NCBI GenBank assembly: GCA_963668695.2
Contig: CAXXLQ010000004.1
Coordinates: 3,680,001-3,744,000, forward strand
Length of the DNA stretch: 64,000 nt
Origin: Vicinamibacteria bacterium
Lineage (GTDB): Bacteria > Acidobacteriota > Vicinamibacteria > Marinacidobacterales > Marinacidobacteraceae
Reading direction: 5' to 3'
The notes below the pieces were generated by a model. That model was not told the DNA's origin, ran no database searches, and saw only the letters and a program-made list of their open reading frames with translations. Shown here in pieces: positions 45,137 through 54,722 of the stretch. The first letter of the stretch is position 1; each line of letters begins with the position of its first letter. A program made the translations under genes and the position numbers.

Positions 45137-46110
45137 TCCCGAGGGGCAAGCACCCCGCATCGCGCCACCCGGCACAAAAGGACACCCGCTCCCTGCATTC
45201 TTCGGATGCGGGGCGCTACCCCTCGGGGAGGTGTGGCGAATCGCTTCGCGATTCTCCACACCCTTTTCCGTGGGGAGGGGAAACCCCTCCCCACACCCCC
45301 TCCCCCGGCGCTTCGCGCCGCCAGACCCCTGCGTTGTCCGCGCCGAAAGGGAATCTCCCCGAGGGCAAGCTCCGGCATCGCGCCCACCCGGTAAGAAAGC
45401 ACACCTGCTCCCTGCATTCCTCGGATGCGGGGCGCTACCCCCTCGGGGAGGGGTGTGGCGAATCGTCCGCGCCGAATCTCCCCGAGGGGCAAGCACCCCG
45501 CGTCGCGCCCACCCGGTAAGAAAGCACACCCGCTCCCTGCATTCCTCGGATGCGGGGCGCTAACCCCTCGGGGCGGTGTGGCGAATCGCTTCGCGATTCT
45601 CCACACCCTTTTCTGTGGGGAGGGGAAACCCCTCCCCACACCCCCTCCCCCGGCGCTTCGCGCCGCCAGACCCCTGCGTTGTCCGCGCCGAAAGGGAATC
45701 TCCCCGAGGGGCAAGCACCCCGCGTCGCGCCCACCCGGTAAGAAAGCACACCTGCTCCCTGCATTCCTCGGATGCGGGGCGCTAACCCCTCGGGGCGGTG
45801 TGGCGAATCGCTTCGCGATTCTCCACACCCTTTTCTGTGGGGAGGGGAAACCCCTCCCCACACCCCCTCCCCCGGCGCTTCGCGCCGCCAGACCCCTGCG
45901 TTGTCCGCGCCGAAAGGGAATCTCCCCGAGGGGCAAGCACCCCGCGTCGCGCCCACCCGGTAAGAAAGCACACCTGCTCCCTGCATTCCTCGGATGCGGG
46001 GCGCTACCCCCTCGGGGCGGTGTGGCGAATCGCTTCGCGATTCTCCACACCCTTTTCCGTGGGAGGGAAACCCCTTCGCACACCGCCTTCCCCGGCGCTC
46101 CGCGCCGCAG
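45137..46110. repeat. Tandem array of a ~222-bp multi-hairpin unit (about 4.5 copies, one internally deleted)
   Basis: Units start at ~45137, 45357, 45480, 45702 and 45924. Identical short ORFs recur 222 bp apart. Confidence 0.95.
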
Positions 46111-46214
46111 GTTGGCGCCGGCCGACCTTCGCCATCACCTGCTAGTGAGGCCCGTGTCGGGTCGAGCTCTGGACGAGACATCCGTTCCCGTTCGGAGCGG
46201 AGCCGACGGCAGCC

Positions 46215-47084
46215 TCAGGGGGCGTCGTTGAGGTCCCAGTCGTATTCGTAGTCGAAGCCGCCCTCGAAACTCTGTAGCTGTTCCGCCAGTTCGGGCTCCG
46301 CGTGGCGGAGCAGATGCTCGACGACGCCGGCTTCGCTCCCGGCGAAGTCTTCCTGGAACCAGGTATAGATGCTTGAGACGACTCCGAACGACTCGTCCAT
46401 GAGTTCGACCCCTCGCGGGTGGTTGACGTAGCCCCGGGCGGCCGCATCCAGCATTTCCTCGAGGCTCGCCGCGGTGAAGACCTGGGGCGCCAGGTTCGGA
46501 CAGCCGAGGCTCGCGCAGTTCACCGCGTAGTGGATGCGCGGATCCCGCCAGAGCGCGCGCAGGATGTCGTGCTCCATATTGTCGAGGCTCAGCCGCTGCC
46601 CGGCGACGGTGGCGCGCTTGTCGCCCCACGGACCCGAAAGGGGCACGATCCCGTCGTGGATCTTCTTGATGGAGTCCACCGGATACCCCTCAACCACCGT
46701 CTCGACCGTGAGCGCGTTGTAGAAGTTGATCCAGTAGGCCATCTGCTCGTCGCGGGAGTAGAGACGCGCATCCACCGCCTCCAGGTGCGCGAGGTAGCCC
46801 TGGAGACGTCCGCGGTCAGCCGCGTTCCCCTTGAGTCCGCCGTAGTCGAACAGGTGGATGCCCGAAGGATCGCCGGTGCGGAGGTAACCGTCCAAAACGG
46901 CCTGCCACTCGCCGTGATCGATCGAATCGGTGTTCGTGTCGTCGTGTTCCGCCCAGGACACGGTGGGTTCGGGCCCCTTCGCGGCGCAGCCGCTTCCGAC
47001 GAGCCAGCCCAGGGTTAGAAGGACCGTCAGGCCCAGGAATACGGGGCCTCGACGCGTGTTTCGGGTCATTTTTTCACTCTTCAT
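46215..47084 (-). CDS. DUF547-domain lipoprotein
   Basis: AYWINFYNALT, SLDNMEHDILR, DPRIHYAVNCASLGCP and YDWDLN. Confidence 0.92.
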   Translation of the reverse strand: MKSEKMTRNTRRGPVFLGLTVLLTLGWLVGSGCAAKGPEPTVSWAEHDDTNTDSIDHGEWQAVLDGYLRTGDPSGIHLFDYGGLKGNAADRGRLQGYLAHLEAVDARLYSRDEQMAYWINFYNALTVETVVEGYPVDSIKKIHDGIVPLSGPWGDKRATVAGQRLSLDNMEHDILRALWRDPRIHYAVNCASLGCPNLAPQVFTAASLEEMLDAAARGYVNHPRGVELMDESFGVVSSIYTWFQEDFAGSEAGVVEHLLRHAEPELAEQLQSFEGGFDYEYDWDLNDAP

Positions 47085-47842
47085 AAGCGATCTGCCTCCT
47101 TCCTCCGGCCCGGCCGGAGGGCACTGAGTTTCTGTCTACCGAATAGCCTAGCGATCATCGTCAGGATGCCGGCGCTCGCCCCGATAACTCCACGGATCGT
47201 GCCGCCGACCTTGGATTTTCCGTGGCGCCGGCGCCGAGTGTCCACCGGAACCTCGACCACCTGCAGCCCGCACTGGATCGCTCTGACCTGCATCTCGACA
47301 GTCCATCCGTACGCCTGGTCCTTCATCTCGATCCGCCGGAGTGCTTCGGACCGCACGGCGCGGTACGGACCGAGGTCGGTGATCCGCCGCCGCCACAACA
47401 GATAGATCAACAGCGCGGCAACCCGATTCCCCATCACCTGCGGCGCCGACAGCGCCCCGGGCTCGATGCGCCCGAGCACCCGGGACCCCACCGCCAGGTC
47501 GGCGCCTTCCGCGATCGCGGTGAGGAGGCGGAGGCACTGGCCCGCCACGAAGGATCGGTCTCCATCGGTGAAAAGCACCACGTCCACCGGAGCGAGCGCC
47601 GACAGGGCAGCGAGGCACGCGATCCCATAGCCCGGCTGCTCCTCGCGGACTACGCGGGCGCCCGCCTCCCGTGCCCGCTGCGCCGTCCCGTCGCGCGATC
47701 CGTTGTCGCAAACGACGAAGTCGTCGATCACCCTCCGGCCCGCCTCGTCGGTGAGTGCGAGCAGATCCCCCACGACCGGACCGATGTTTCGCTCCTCGTC
47801 CCGCGCGGGGACGATGACGCCGACCTTCAGCCCGCGGAACAC
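47081..47842 (-). CDS. GT2 (DPM1-like) glycosyltransferase
   Basis: VIVPARDEE, CDNGSRDGT, FTDGD, ITDLGPYRA and GWTVEMQ; GTG start at VFRGLK. Confidence 0.9.
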   Translation of the reverse strand: MFRGLKVGVIVPARDEERNIGPVVGDLLALTDEAGRRVIDDFVVCDNGSRDGTAQRAREAGARVVREEQPGYGIACLAALSALAPVDVVLFTDGDRSFVAGQCLRLLTAIAEGADLAVGSRVLGRIEPGALSAPQVMGNRVAALLIYLLWRRRITDLGPYRAVRSEALRRIEMKDQAYGWTVEMQVRAIQCGLQVVEVPVDTRRRRHGKSKVGGTIRGVIGASAGILTMIARLFGRQKLSALRPGRRKEADRL

Positions 47843-49200
47843 GCCGTCCCCTCCCTCGGGGTACCGGACTGCTCGCGGCGGGAGAGCATCCCGATCGCGA
47901 CCGCGAGCGCAATCGCCCCGTACTCCACCGGCCGCACCCACCACGGATGTCCGAAGGGGTGCAGATTCATATCCTGCAGATTGAGTCCGGTGGCGTACGA
48001 AAGCAACACTGCCAGCGACGCCGTCCACGCCCAGGGGCTCGGTCGGATCGCCGCGAAGGGCAACACCCAGAGGAGATACCAGGGATTCACCACCGGCGCC
48101 AGGAGGAGGAGCAGGCCGTAGAGCTGGTCTCCCGGCGGGACGCTCCCATCGGATTTCCGCTCCCGAAAGTAGAGCCACCCCGCGCCCGAGAGGAACGCCA
48201 GGCCGCAAACCACCCGGGCGGCCGTATTGGAAAGCAGCGGCGTCAGCAAAGCGAAGATCGCCGAGTTGAACTCCCATTCGCGGGCGAAAACGAAAAGCGT
48301 CGGTAGATCGCTGCCGCCCTGCCAGGCGAACGGCAGGTAGAGGAATCCCAGCACGCCGCCAAACGTCAACCAGTGCGCCGGACGGGACGGTCGGAGCACG
48401 AACGGAACCAGCACGAGGGCGAGCACCTTGGCGCCGGTGGCGAGCGCGAGGCAGGCCGCCGCGGCGTGGAATCGCTCCCGCTTCGTGAGAAGTACGGCGG
48501 CAAGCAGCAAGAAGACGGCAAAGCCGTCCGGGTGGGCGGTGAATGCCACCTCCTTCACTACCAGCGGGCACCACGCGTAGAGCAGGACCGCGCGGGGCGG
48601 CGCGAGGCGCAGCAGCAGACCGATGGTGAGCAGGTCGAAAACGATGAAGATCGCCTGCAGCGCCGCGACACTGCCCGGCGCAACGCCATAGCCGAGCAGG
48701 AAGGCGAACTGCGTAACCGGTCCGTAAATGGTCGGCAGTTCCGGGAAATTGATCTGGTCGAGGATCCCCCGAAAGAGCGTCGGAACGGCGGGATCGGCGA
48801 AAAACGCTTCGGGAGCGATTCCGTAGGGGGTGCCGTCCTGCGCGAAGCGGTAGCCGTCCCAGAGGTAGCGGAAAAAGTCGTCTTCGAACAACGGTCCGCC
48901 GAACAGGCCGATCGCGCGGAAGACCACCGCCCAGAAAACGAGACGCCCTACCGGAATGCGCCCCGGCTGCTTCCCCGACCAGACGTAGAGCCCGAACGTC
49001 AGCGCCGCGATCGCGGCCGAGATCAGCAGGAACGCTCCCACGCCGGGACCGCCGGGGCTCCGGGCGAGCATCGCAAGTCCGCCGTAGAGGGCGGCGCAGC
49101 CGAATCCGGCCGCGTCCACCCAGCCCGCGTCCACCCAGCCGGGCCGGAGCCCGGCTCCCGAGGATTCCGGCAGCGCGCGCCCTGCCCCGTGCCCGGGCAT
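47827..49200 (-). CDS. GT-C (GT87/DUF2029-like) membrane glycosyltransferase
   Basis: EDDFFRYLWDG, INFPELPTIYGP, YAWCPL, HPD and VNPWYLLW. Confidence 0.85.
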   Translation of the reverse strand: MPGHGAGRALPESSGAGLRPGWVDAGWVDAAGFGCAALYGGLAMLARSPGGPGVGAFLLISAAIAALTFGLYVWSGKQPGRIPVGRLVFWAVVFRAIGLFGGPLFEDDFFRYLWDGYRFAQDGTPYGIAPEAFFADPAVPTLFRGILDQINFPELPTIYGPVTQFAFLLGYGVAPGSVAALQAIFIVFDLLTIGLLLRLAPPRAVLLYAWCPLVVKEVAFTAHPDGFAVFLLLAAVLLTKRERFHAAAACLALATGAKVLALVLVPFVLRPSRPAHWLTFGGVLGFLYLPFAWQGGSDLPTLFVFAREWEFNSAIFALLTPLLSNTAARVVCGLAFLSGAGWLYFRERKSDGSVPPGDQLYGLLLLLAPVVNPWYLLWVLPFAAIRPSPWAWTASLAVLLSYATGLNLQDMNLHPFGHPWWVRPVEYGAIALAVAIGMLSRREQSGTPREGTACSAG

Positions 49201-49601
49201 CACCGCGAGGGTTCCCCCTCCGGGAAGAAGAACGCGTCCGTTTCCGACGGCTCGAAGAGAAAGCGGTCGAGAAGCACGCGGCCGGAACGGTCGAACCTCA
49301 CCCCTTCGCGTGCGAGGAGCGCCCGCTGCCGGCCGGGTTCGCAGTTGCCGCTCAGCTCGGCGGAGAGCAGCCCCTGGGCATTCACGACCCGGTGCCACGG
49401 GACGCCCTGCGGGCAGTTCCGGAGCGCCCAGCCGGCCGCCCGCGCCGACAGCGGATACCCGGCCGCGGTGACCACCCGCGCCACCCGGCCATAGGTGGTC
49501 ACCCGGCCGGCGGGGACCCTCCGGACGACCGCGTGGACCCGCCGGAACTTGCCCTCACTGCCAGAAGGGAGGAAAAGGTCCGGTGGGAGAAGCGGCATCA
49601 C
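49200..49601 (-). CDS. Alkyltransferase-like (ATL) protein
   Basis: GRVTTYG..ARAAGWAL..PWHRVVNAQG, with Trp in place of the catalytic Cys of PCHR. Confidence 0.88.
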   Translation of the reverse strand: MMPLLPPDLFLPSGSEGKFRRVHAVVRRVPAGRVTTYGRVARVVTAAGYPLSARAAGWALRNCPQGVPWHRVVNAQGLLSAELSGNCEPGRQRALLAREGVRFDRSGRVLLDRFLFEPSETDAFFFPEGEPSR

Positions 49602-49648
49602 GAGGATTAGCCCGGCTGCCTCCGTGGAGAGCCGCCTGGATGAAATGA

Positions 49649-49920
49649 ACAGCCTGTGGACAAAGTCAGACGGCCCAGTTCTCCCGGTGGGGGCTCGAGC
49701 GGCGATGCATCCCGGCTGAACCGCCCCCCCACCGGGAGAACTGGCGCTTCGCGTCGCTCATCGTTGCGCTTCGGGCGCTTCGGGCGCTTCGGGCGCTTCG
49801 GGCGCTTCGGTAGAAATACACCCGGTATTCCTCCCTCGCGCGCCTTGTCAGCCGGGCGCCTCACCGGCCAGTTCTCCCGGTGGGGGCCTCGGCGCTCCCG
49901 TCACTTTATCCACAGGTTGT
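49649..49920. mobile_element. MITE copy with three 18-mers and a 9-bp microsatellite (CGCTTCGGG x~5)
   Basis: TIRs ACAGCCTGTGGACAAAGT/ACTTTATCCACAGGTTGT. Confidence 0.88.
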
Positions 49921-50024
49921 TCAGTGTGGTACAAGCGGTAGCCGTCCCTTCCGCCGGCCAAGAGCAGCTATCCGATCGTATCCTGCGGAGGGCGCAGCAC
50001 CTCACGCCGCACGGAGACCCGACC

Positions 50025-51965
50025 ATGACCCCGCCCCAGAAGACGTACCGCCCCTTTGGAGACGGCGTCAGCCGCCGCGATTTCCTTTCCGGGATTCCCG
50101 TGGCCCTGACCGGGACCGCCCTCGCCTGCCAAGAGGTTCCGGCGTTCCAGTCCGAAATCGAGCGCGAGGGCGCGGCGGCCTATCCGCCGCTTCGCACCGG
50201 GATGCGTGGATCCCACGCGGGCTCCTTCGAAGTCGGGCACCAGATGGCCCACGAGGGCCGGAGTTGGGAAGCCCCGGACACCGGCGAGGCGTACGACCTC
50301 GTGGTGGTGGGCGCCGGGATTTCAGGACTTTCCGCCGCCCATTACTTCTCGAAGGAGGCCGGCCCGGACGCCCGCATCCTGCTTCTCGACAACCACGACG
50401 ATTTCGGCGGGCATGCCAAACGCAACGAGTTCCACCTCGACGGGCGGACCTACCTGATGAACGGCGGAACCCTCAACGTGGAAGCGCCCTCGCAGTACGG
50501 GGATATCGCCGGCGGGCTGCTCAAGGAGATCGGGATCGACCGGAAGCGTTATTACGAGAGCATCAGCGCCGTCTCGGACACCTACGGGAATCTGGGTCTC
50601 CAGCGGGCCATGTTCTTCGACCGCGAGACTTTCGGGACGGACCAGTTGGTCGCGGGCATCGGGAGGCGTCCGCTCTCCGAGTTCCTCGCCGACTCGCCGA
50701 TGCCGGAGGCCGTCCGGAACGACCTGATCCGGCTTCACGCCGACGGGCAACCGGACTACCTGCCGGACCTCTCGCCCGCCGAGAAGAAGGCGTTCCTGGC
50801 CACCATCAGCTACAAGGACTTCCTGCTCGAATACGCGAAGTGCGACCCCGGAGTGGTCTGGTTCTTCGACCACCGGCCCAAGGGCCTCTTCTGCACCGGC
50901 ATCGATGCCTACCCGGCGCGCTACGCCTGGGAGGAGGGTTTGCCGGGGTTCTCGGGAATGGAAATTCCCGAGACGCCACCGGATGCTCTCGCCGACGAGC
51001 CGGGCGGCCAGCACGGACGCGAAAACCAGGCACGGGCCGATTCGGGCGATCCCGACCTCTACTTCCCGGACGGGAACGCGACGATCACCCGGCTCCTCGT
51101 GCGGGGGCTCATTCCGAACGCCGTCCCGGGGTCGACCATGGAAGACGTGGTGATGGCGCCACTGGACTACGGGATGCTGGACCAACCGGGTAACCGCGCC
51201 CGGATCCGGCTCTCCTCGACGGTCATTCGCGTCGAACCCGGCGAAGCCGGCCCGGCCCGGATCACCTACGTGCACGGCGACCAGGGGCACACGGTGACCG
51301 CCGGGCGGGTGATCCTCGCCTGCTGGCACAACATCATTCCCTACCTCGTTCCCGAGATGCCGAAGGCCCAGCGGGATGCGCTCTCCTGGCCGGTCAAGTC
51401 GCCGCTTCAGTACACGAGCGTGCTGCTCCACAACTGGCGGGCGTTCACCGAGGCGGGCGTCTCCTCGATTTCCGCGCCCGGGGGGTACCACACCTCGGTC
51501 GGACTCGCCCCCCAACTCGCGCTGGGCGACTACCGCACCTCGACCTCACCCGACGAGCCGCTGGTGGTGCGGATGAACCGCTACCCCTGCGAGCCCGGGC
51601 TCTCCCGCCGGGAGCAGCACCAGATCGGCAGGATGGAGCTGCTCCACACCACTTTCGAGACGGTGGAGGCGAACATCCGCGACCAGCTCAACCGGATGCT
51701 TGGCCGGAGCGGCTTCGACGATCAACGCGACGTCGCGGCGATCACCGTCAATCGCTGGCCGCACGGGTACACCTACTCCTACAACCCGCTCTTCGATCCC
51801 CCGGAGTGGGCGTTCGAGAACGGCGACGGCCGCCCCAACGTTTCCGCCCGGCAACCCTTCGGACGGATCGCAATCGCGGGCACCGACTCCGCCGCCAGCC
51901 CGCACACCGACGCCGCGATTCGCGAAGCCCATCGCGCGGTGGCGGAGATCCTCGCCGCGGACTGA
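50025..51965 (+). CDS. Tat-exported FAD-dependent oxidoreductase, spermidine dehydrogenase-like
   Basis: SRRDFL Tat motif, YPPLRTGMRGSH, VVGAGISG, LDNHDDFGGHAKRNEF and ITVNRWPHGY. Confidence 0.85.
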   Translation: MTPPQKTYRPFGDGVSRRDFLSGIPVALTGTALACQEVPAFQSEIEREGAAAYPPLRTGMRGSHAGSFEVGHQMAHEGRSWEAPDTGEAYDLVVVGAGISGLSAAHYFSKEAGPDARILLLDNHDDFGGHAKRNEFHLDGRTYLMNGGTLNVEAPSQYGDIAGGLLKEIGIDRKRYYESISAVSDTYGNLGLQRAMFFDRETFGTDQLVAGIGRRPLSEFLADSPMPEAVRNDLIRLHADGQPDYLPDLSPAEKKAFLATISYKDFLLEYAKCDPGVVWFFDHRPKGLFCTGIDAYPARYAWEEGLPGFSGMEIPETPPDALADEPGGQHGRENQARADSGDPDLYFPDGNATITRLLVRGLIPNAVPGSTMEDVVMAPLDYGMLDQPGNRARIRLSSTVIRVEPGEAGPARITYVHGDQGHTVTAGRVILACWHNIIPYLVPEMPKAQRDALSWPVKSPLQYTSVLLHNWRAFTEAGVSSISAPGGYHTSVGLAPQLALGDYRTSTSPDEPLVVRMNRYPCEPGLSRREQHQIGRMELLHTTFETVEANIRDQLNRMLGRSGFDDQRDVAAITVNRWPHGYTYSYNPLFDPPEWAFENGDGRPNVSARQPFGRIAIAGTDSAASPHTDAAIREAHRAVAEILAAD

Positions 51966-52123
51966 GGACCGGCCAATCCAAGGGACCGGCTAGACCCGCT
52001 TCGAGAAACACGAGAAACGACAGACAGTCCCTTGGCATCGCGAGCTACCCAAGAGCGCTCCGGACAGCGATGATGCAGCAGCGGTACGAGAGCTATGCCC
52101 GTCGCGTTCTCTAACAGCTGGCA

Positions 52124-52498
52124 ATGACCCGAAGGAGCAGAGTGTCTCTAGATTTCTATGATCGGTCTGGCGCGGCAGTGGCCTATACGAATGATGGAGA
52201 GAACATCTACCTGTATTCAGGTGAACCCGTCGCCTATCTCTCGGATGGTTCCGTCTATTCCTTCGCGGGCCAACATCTCGGATGGTTTGAGGGCGGCTGG
52301 CTAAGGGATGCGGCTGGACACTGCGTTCTCTTCACAGCGGACGCTCGCGGTGGCCCTCTGAAACCCCTCCGTCAGTTGCGTCCACTAAAGGGATTGAGAC
52401 AACTCCGACCCACGAAGGGCGTACGGCAGATTAAACCTCTCAAGCCTTTGAAATCCCTGTCCTGGTCAGACTTGTCGGCTGAGGAGTTCTTTCGGTGA
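52124..52498 (+). CDS. 4-fold beta-flower-like small protein with basic Pro-rich tail (lower GC)
   Basis: Repeats FYDRSGAAVAY / IYLYSGEPVAY / VYSFAGQHLGW and tail PLKPLRQLRPLKGLRQLRP. Confidence 0.7.
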   Translation: MTRRSRVSLDFYDRSGAAVAYTNDGENIYLYSGEPVAYLSDGSVYSFAGQHLGWFEGGWLRDAAGHCVLFTADARGGPLKPLRQLRPLKGLRQLRPTKGVRQIKPLKPLKSLSWSDLSAEEFFR

Positions 52499-52510
52499 CG
52501 GCCGGTTGAC

Positions 52511-53200
52511 TTGGACTTGATTCCGCTCGCTCGGGTCCGCTTCGCGATTCTCGACGTCCTAGTCGAAACTGGCGTCGCCCCCTCTCCTAGCGAGGTGGCC
52601 GAAAGACTGGGGACCGCATTGGAGACGGTTCACGACGCGTGGAGCCAGTTGCGGGAGTCGCGGGCGATCGTCACCGGTGAGGACGGGGTCTCCATCCTGA
52701 TGGCAAACCCGTTCTCGGGGATTCCCACGGAGCACACCTTCGAAGCGGCGGGAATCCGCTACTACGCGAACTGCGCCTGGGACGCCCTCGGGATCCCCGC
52801 CGCGCTCGGGCGAGGCGGGACCGTCCGGTCGCGCTGTGCGAACTCCGGGGAACCCCTGCGGCTCGAACTCACCGGCGCCGGGCCGGAACCCTGCGACTGG
52901 CTCTTCCATTCGCTGGTGCCGGCGGCCCGCTGGTGGGACGACATCGTCTTCACCTGAGCGAACATGCTGTTCTTCCGGTCGGAAGACGACCTTCGCGCCT
53001 GGTGCGGCGAGCGCGGGCGCGAACCGGGGCCCGCGGTTCCGGTGTCCCGGCTCTGGAACCTCTCACGGATCTGGTACGGAAGCCGGCTTGATCCGAACGC
53101 CCCCCGGCCCACGCCCGAGGAGGCTCGCGCTATCTTCGCCCGAGTAGGCCTGACCGACCCTTTCTGGGATCCGGTTCCGCGCGAGGAGCAGACGCCATGA
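52511..53200 (+). CDS. MerB-like organometallic lyase with in-frame TGA (probable selenocysteine) at 52955-52957
   Basis: N-terminal HTH, ANCAWDALG, SRC, then FT-TGA-ANMLFFRSE in the same frame; 229 aa with read-through. Confidence 0.85.
52968..52988 (+). promoter_or_regulatory. Bacterial SECIS-like hairpin
   Basis: TCTTCC-GGTC-GGAAGA stem-loop. The loop starts 19 nt after TGA and begins with G; a U bulge lies at 52970. Confidence 0.7.
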
Positions 53201-54585
53201 TTGACGAGAAGTCCGATAGACAAAGCCAGGATTCACCCTCCGCACCCAAGATGCGCTTCGGACTGACCCGCCGACAGTTGCTGGCCGCCGGGGCCGGAGC
53301 GGCTGTCGTTCCGGCACTCGTCGCCGCCCAGGCCGCACCGGCCTCCCTGCTGGCGGCTCCCAAGATCCCGAACGTCCGTATCGGGTTCGTGGGAGTGGGC
53401 GGGATGGGAACCGTGCACGTCCAGAATCTGCTCGCGGTGGGCAAGGCGTCACCCGGAGTGGAGATCCGGGCGATCTGCGACATCCGTGCGGAACACGCCG
53501 AGCGGGCGCGCGACTTCATCCGCGAGGCGGGAGGGCCGGAACCCACTCTCTACACCCGGGGGGAACGGGACTTCGAACGGATGTGCGCCGAAGAGGACCT
53601 CGACCTCGTCTTCACCGCGACGCCCTGGCGCTTCCACGTCCCGGTGTGCCTCGCCGCCATGGAGAACGGCAAGCACGCCGCCACCGAGGTGCCGGCCGCG
53701 ACCACCATCGAGGAGTGCTGGGCGCTCGTTGAGGCCGCGGAACGCACCGGCCGGCACTGCGTGATGATGGAGAACTGCAACTACGGCCGCTGGGAAATGA
53801 TGGTCTTCCACATGGTCCGACTGGGGATCTTGGGCGAGATCCTCCATGCCGAAGGCGGCTACCTCCACGACCTCCGCGAGGTGAAGTTCGCGGACCGGGG
53901 GGAGGGGCTGTGGCGGCGCGCCCATTCGAGCACCCGGGACGCGAACCTCTACCCGACCCACGGCCTGGGTCCGGTGGCGAACTGCCTGGACATCGGCCGC
54001 GGCGACCGCTTCGACTACCTGGTCTCGATGAGCGGGCCGTCGCGGGGACTTCAGGACTACGCGCGGGAGCACTTCCCCGAGGGGGCGCCGCCGCGGGCGG
54101 AAGAGTTCGTGCTCGGGGACGTGAATCTGAGCCTGATCAAGACCGCCCGCGGCCGCACCATCACCGTGGTCCACGACACGAACCTGCCGCGCCCGTACAG
54201 CCGGATCAACCTGGTCCAGGGCACCCGGGGCATCTTCGCGGGCTACCCGAACCGGGTCTACGTCGAGGGAAGGAGCGAGTCGCACCGCTGGGACGACGCC
54301 GAGAAATGGCGCGAGGAGTACGAGCATCCGCTCTGGCGGAACGTCGCGGGCCCCGGTGAGGAGCTGGGGCACGGCCAGATGGACTACCTTGAGGACTACC
54401 GCCTCGTGCGATGCCTGCAGGAAGGGTTGCCGACCGAAATGAACGTCTACGACGCCGCCGCGCTCTCCGCCGTCATAGACCTCAGCGAACGCTCGGTGGC
54501 CGACCGCAGCCGGCCGATGGACTTCCCGGACTTCACACGGGGCGGCTGGAAAACGTTCCCGAAGCTGCCGGTCGTCACCGACTGA
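53197..54585 (+). CDS. Tat-exported Gfo/Idh/MocA oxidoreductase, GH109 (alpha-N-acetylgalactosaminidase)-like
   Basis: TRRQLL, GVGGMG, MMENCNY, YPTHGLGP, PRPYSR and GHGQMD. Confidence 0.88.
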   Translation: MIDEKSDRQSQDSPSAPKMRFGLTRRQLLAAGAGAAVVPALVAAQAAPASLLAAPKIPNVRIGFVGVGGMGTVHVQNLLAVGKASPGVEIRAICDIRAEHAERARDFIREAGGPEPTLYTRGERDFERMCAEEDLDLVFTATPWRFHVPVCLAAMENGKHAATEVPAATTIEECWALVEAAERTGRHCVMMENCNYGRWEMMVFHMVRLGILGEILHAEGGYLHDLREVKFADRGEGLWRRAHSSTRDANLYPTHGLGPVANCLDIGRGDRFDYLVSMSGPSRGLQDYAREHFPEGAPPRAEEFVLGDVNLSLIKTARGRTITVVHDTNLPRPYSRINLVQGTRGIFAGYPNRVYVEGRSESHRWDDAEKWREEYEHPLWRNVAGPGEELGHGQMDYLEDYRLVRCLQEGLPTEMNVYDAAALSAVIDLSERSVADRSRPMDFPDFTRGGWKTFPKLPVVTD

Positions 54586-54722
54586 AGCCGCTCGTCGCCG
54601 CGATTCGGCCCCCTCGGGCGCGCCAGCCAAATCCCCATCGGCCCGGTCATTCAATGCCGGGAAGCAAACCAAACGCAGTTTCCACAATCACCGGCCTACA
54701 CACGGAATTTCTGACAGTCCTG

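Noticed and set aside
45109-46251. ORFs of up to 324 aa across the 222-bp array
   Set aside because: They are open on both strands with low-complexity R/G/P content. The sequence is better explained by hairpin structure.
49200-49601. Active O6-methylguanine methyltransferase (ogt)
   Set aside because: The active-site motif is PWHRV rather than PCHRV.
49656-50024. N-terminal extensions of ORFs through repeat DNA (also 5378-5440, 7787-8413, 11624-11755, 3846-4307)
   Set aside because: The extensions translate MITE or intergenic sequence. Family motifs and RBSs support the later starts.
39180-52500. Integron cassettes (TA genes, low-GC single genes, GTTAAC/CTAAC motifs)
   Set aside because: There is no integron integrase and no paired attC boxes. 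The TAAC motifs are explained by stop codons and MITE ends.
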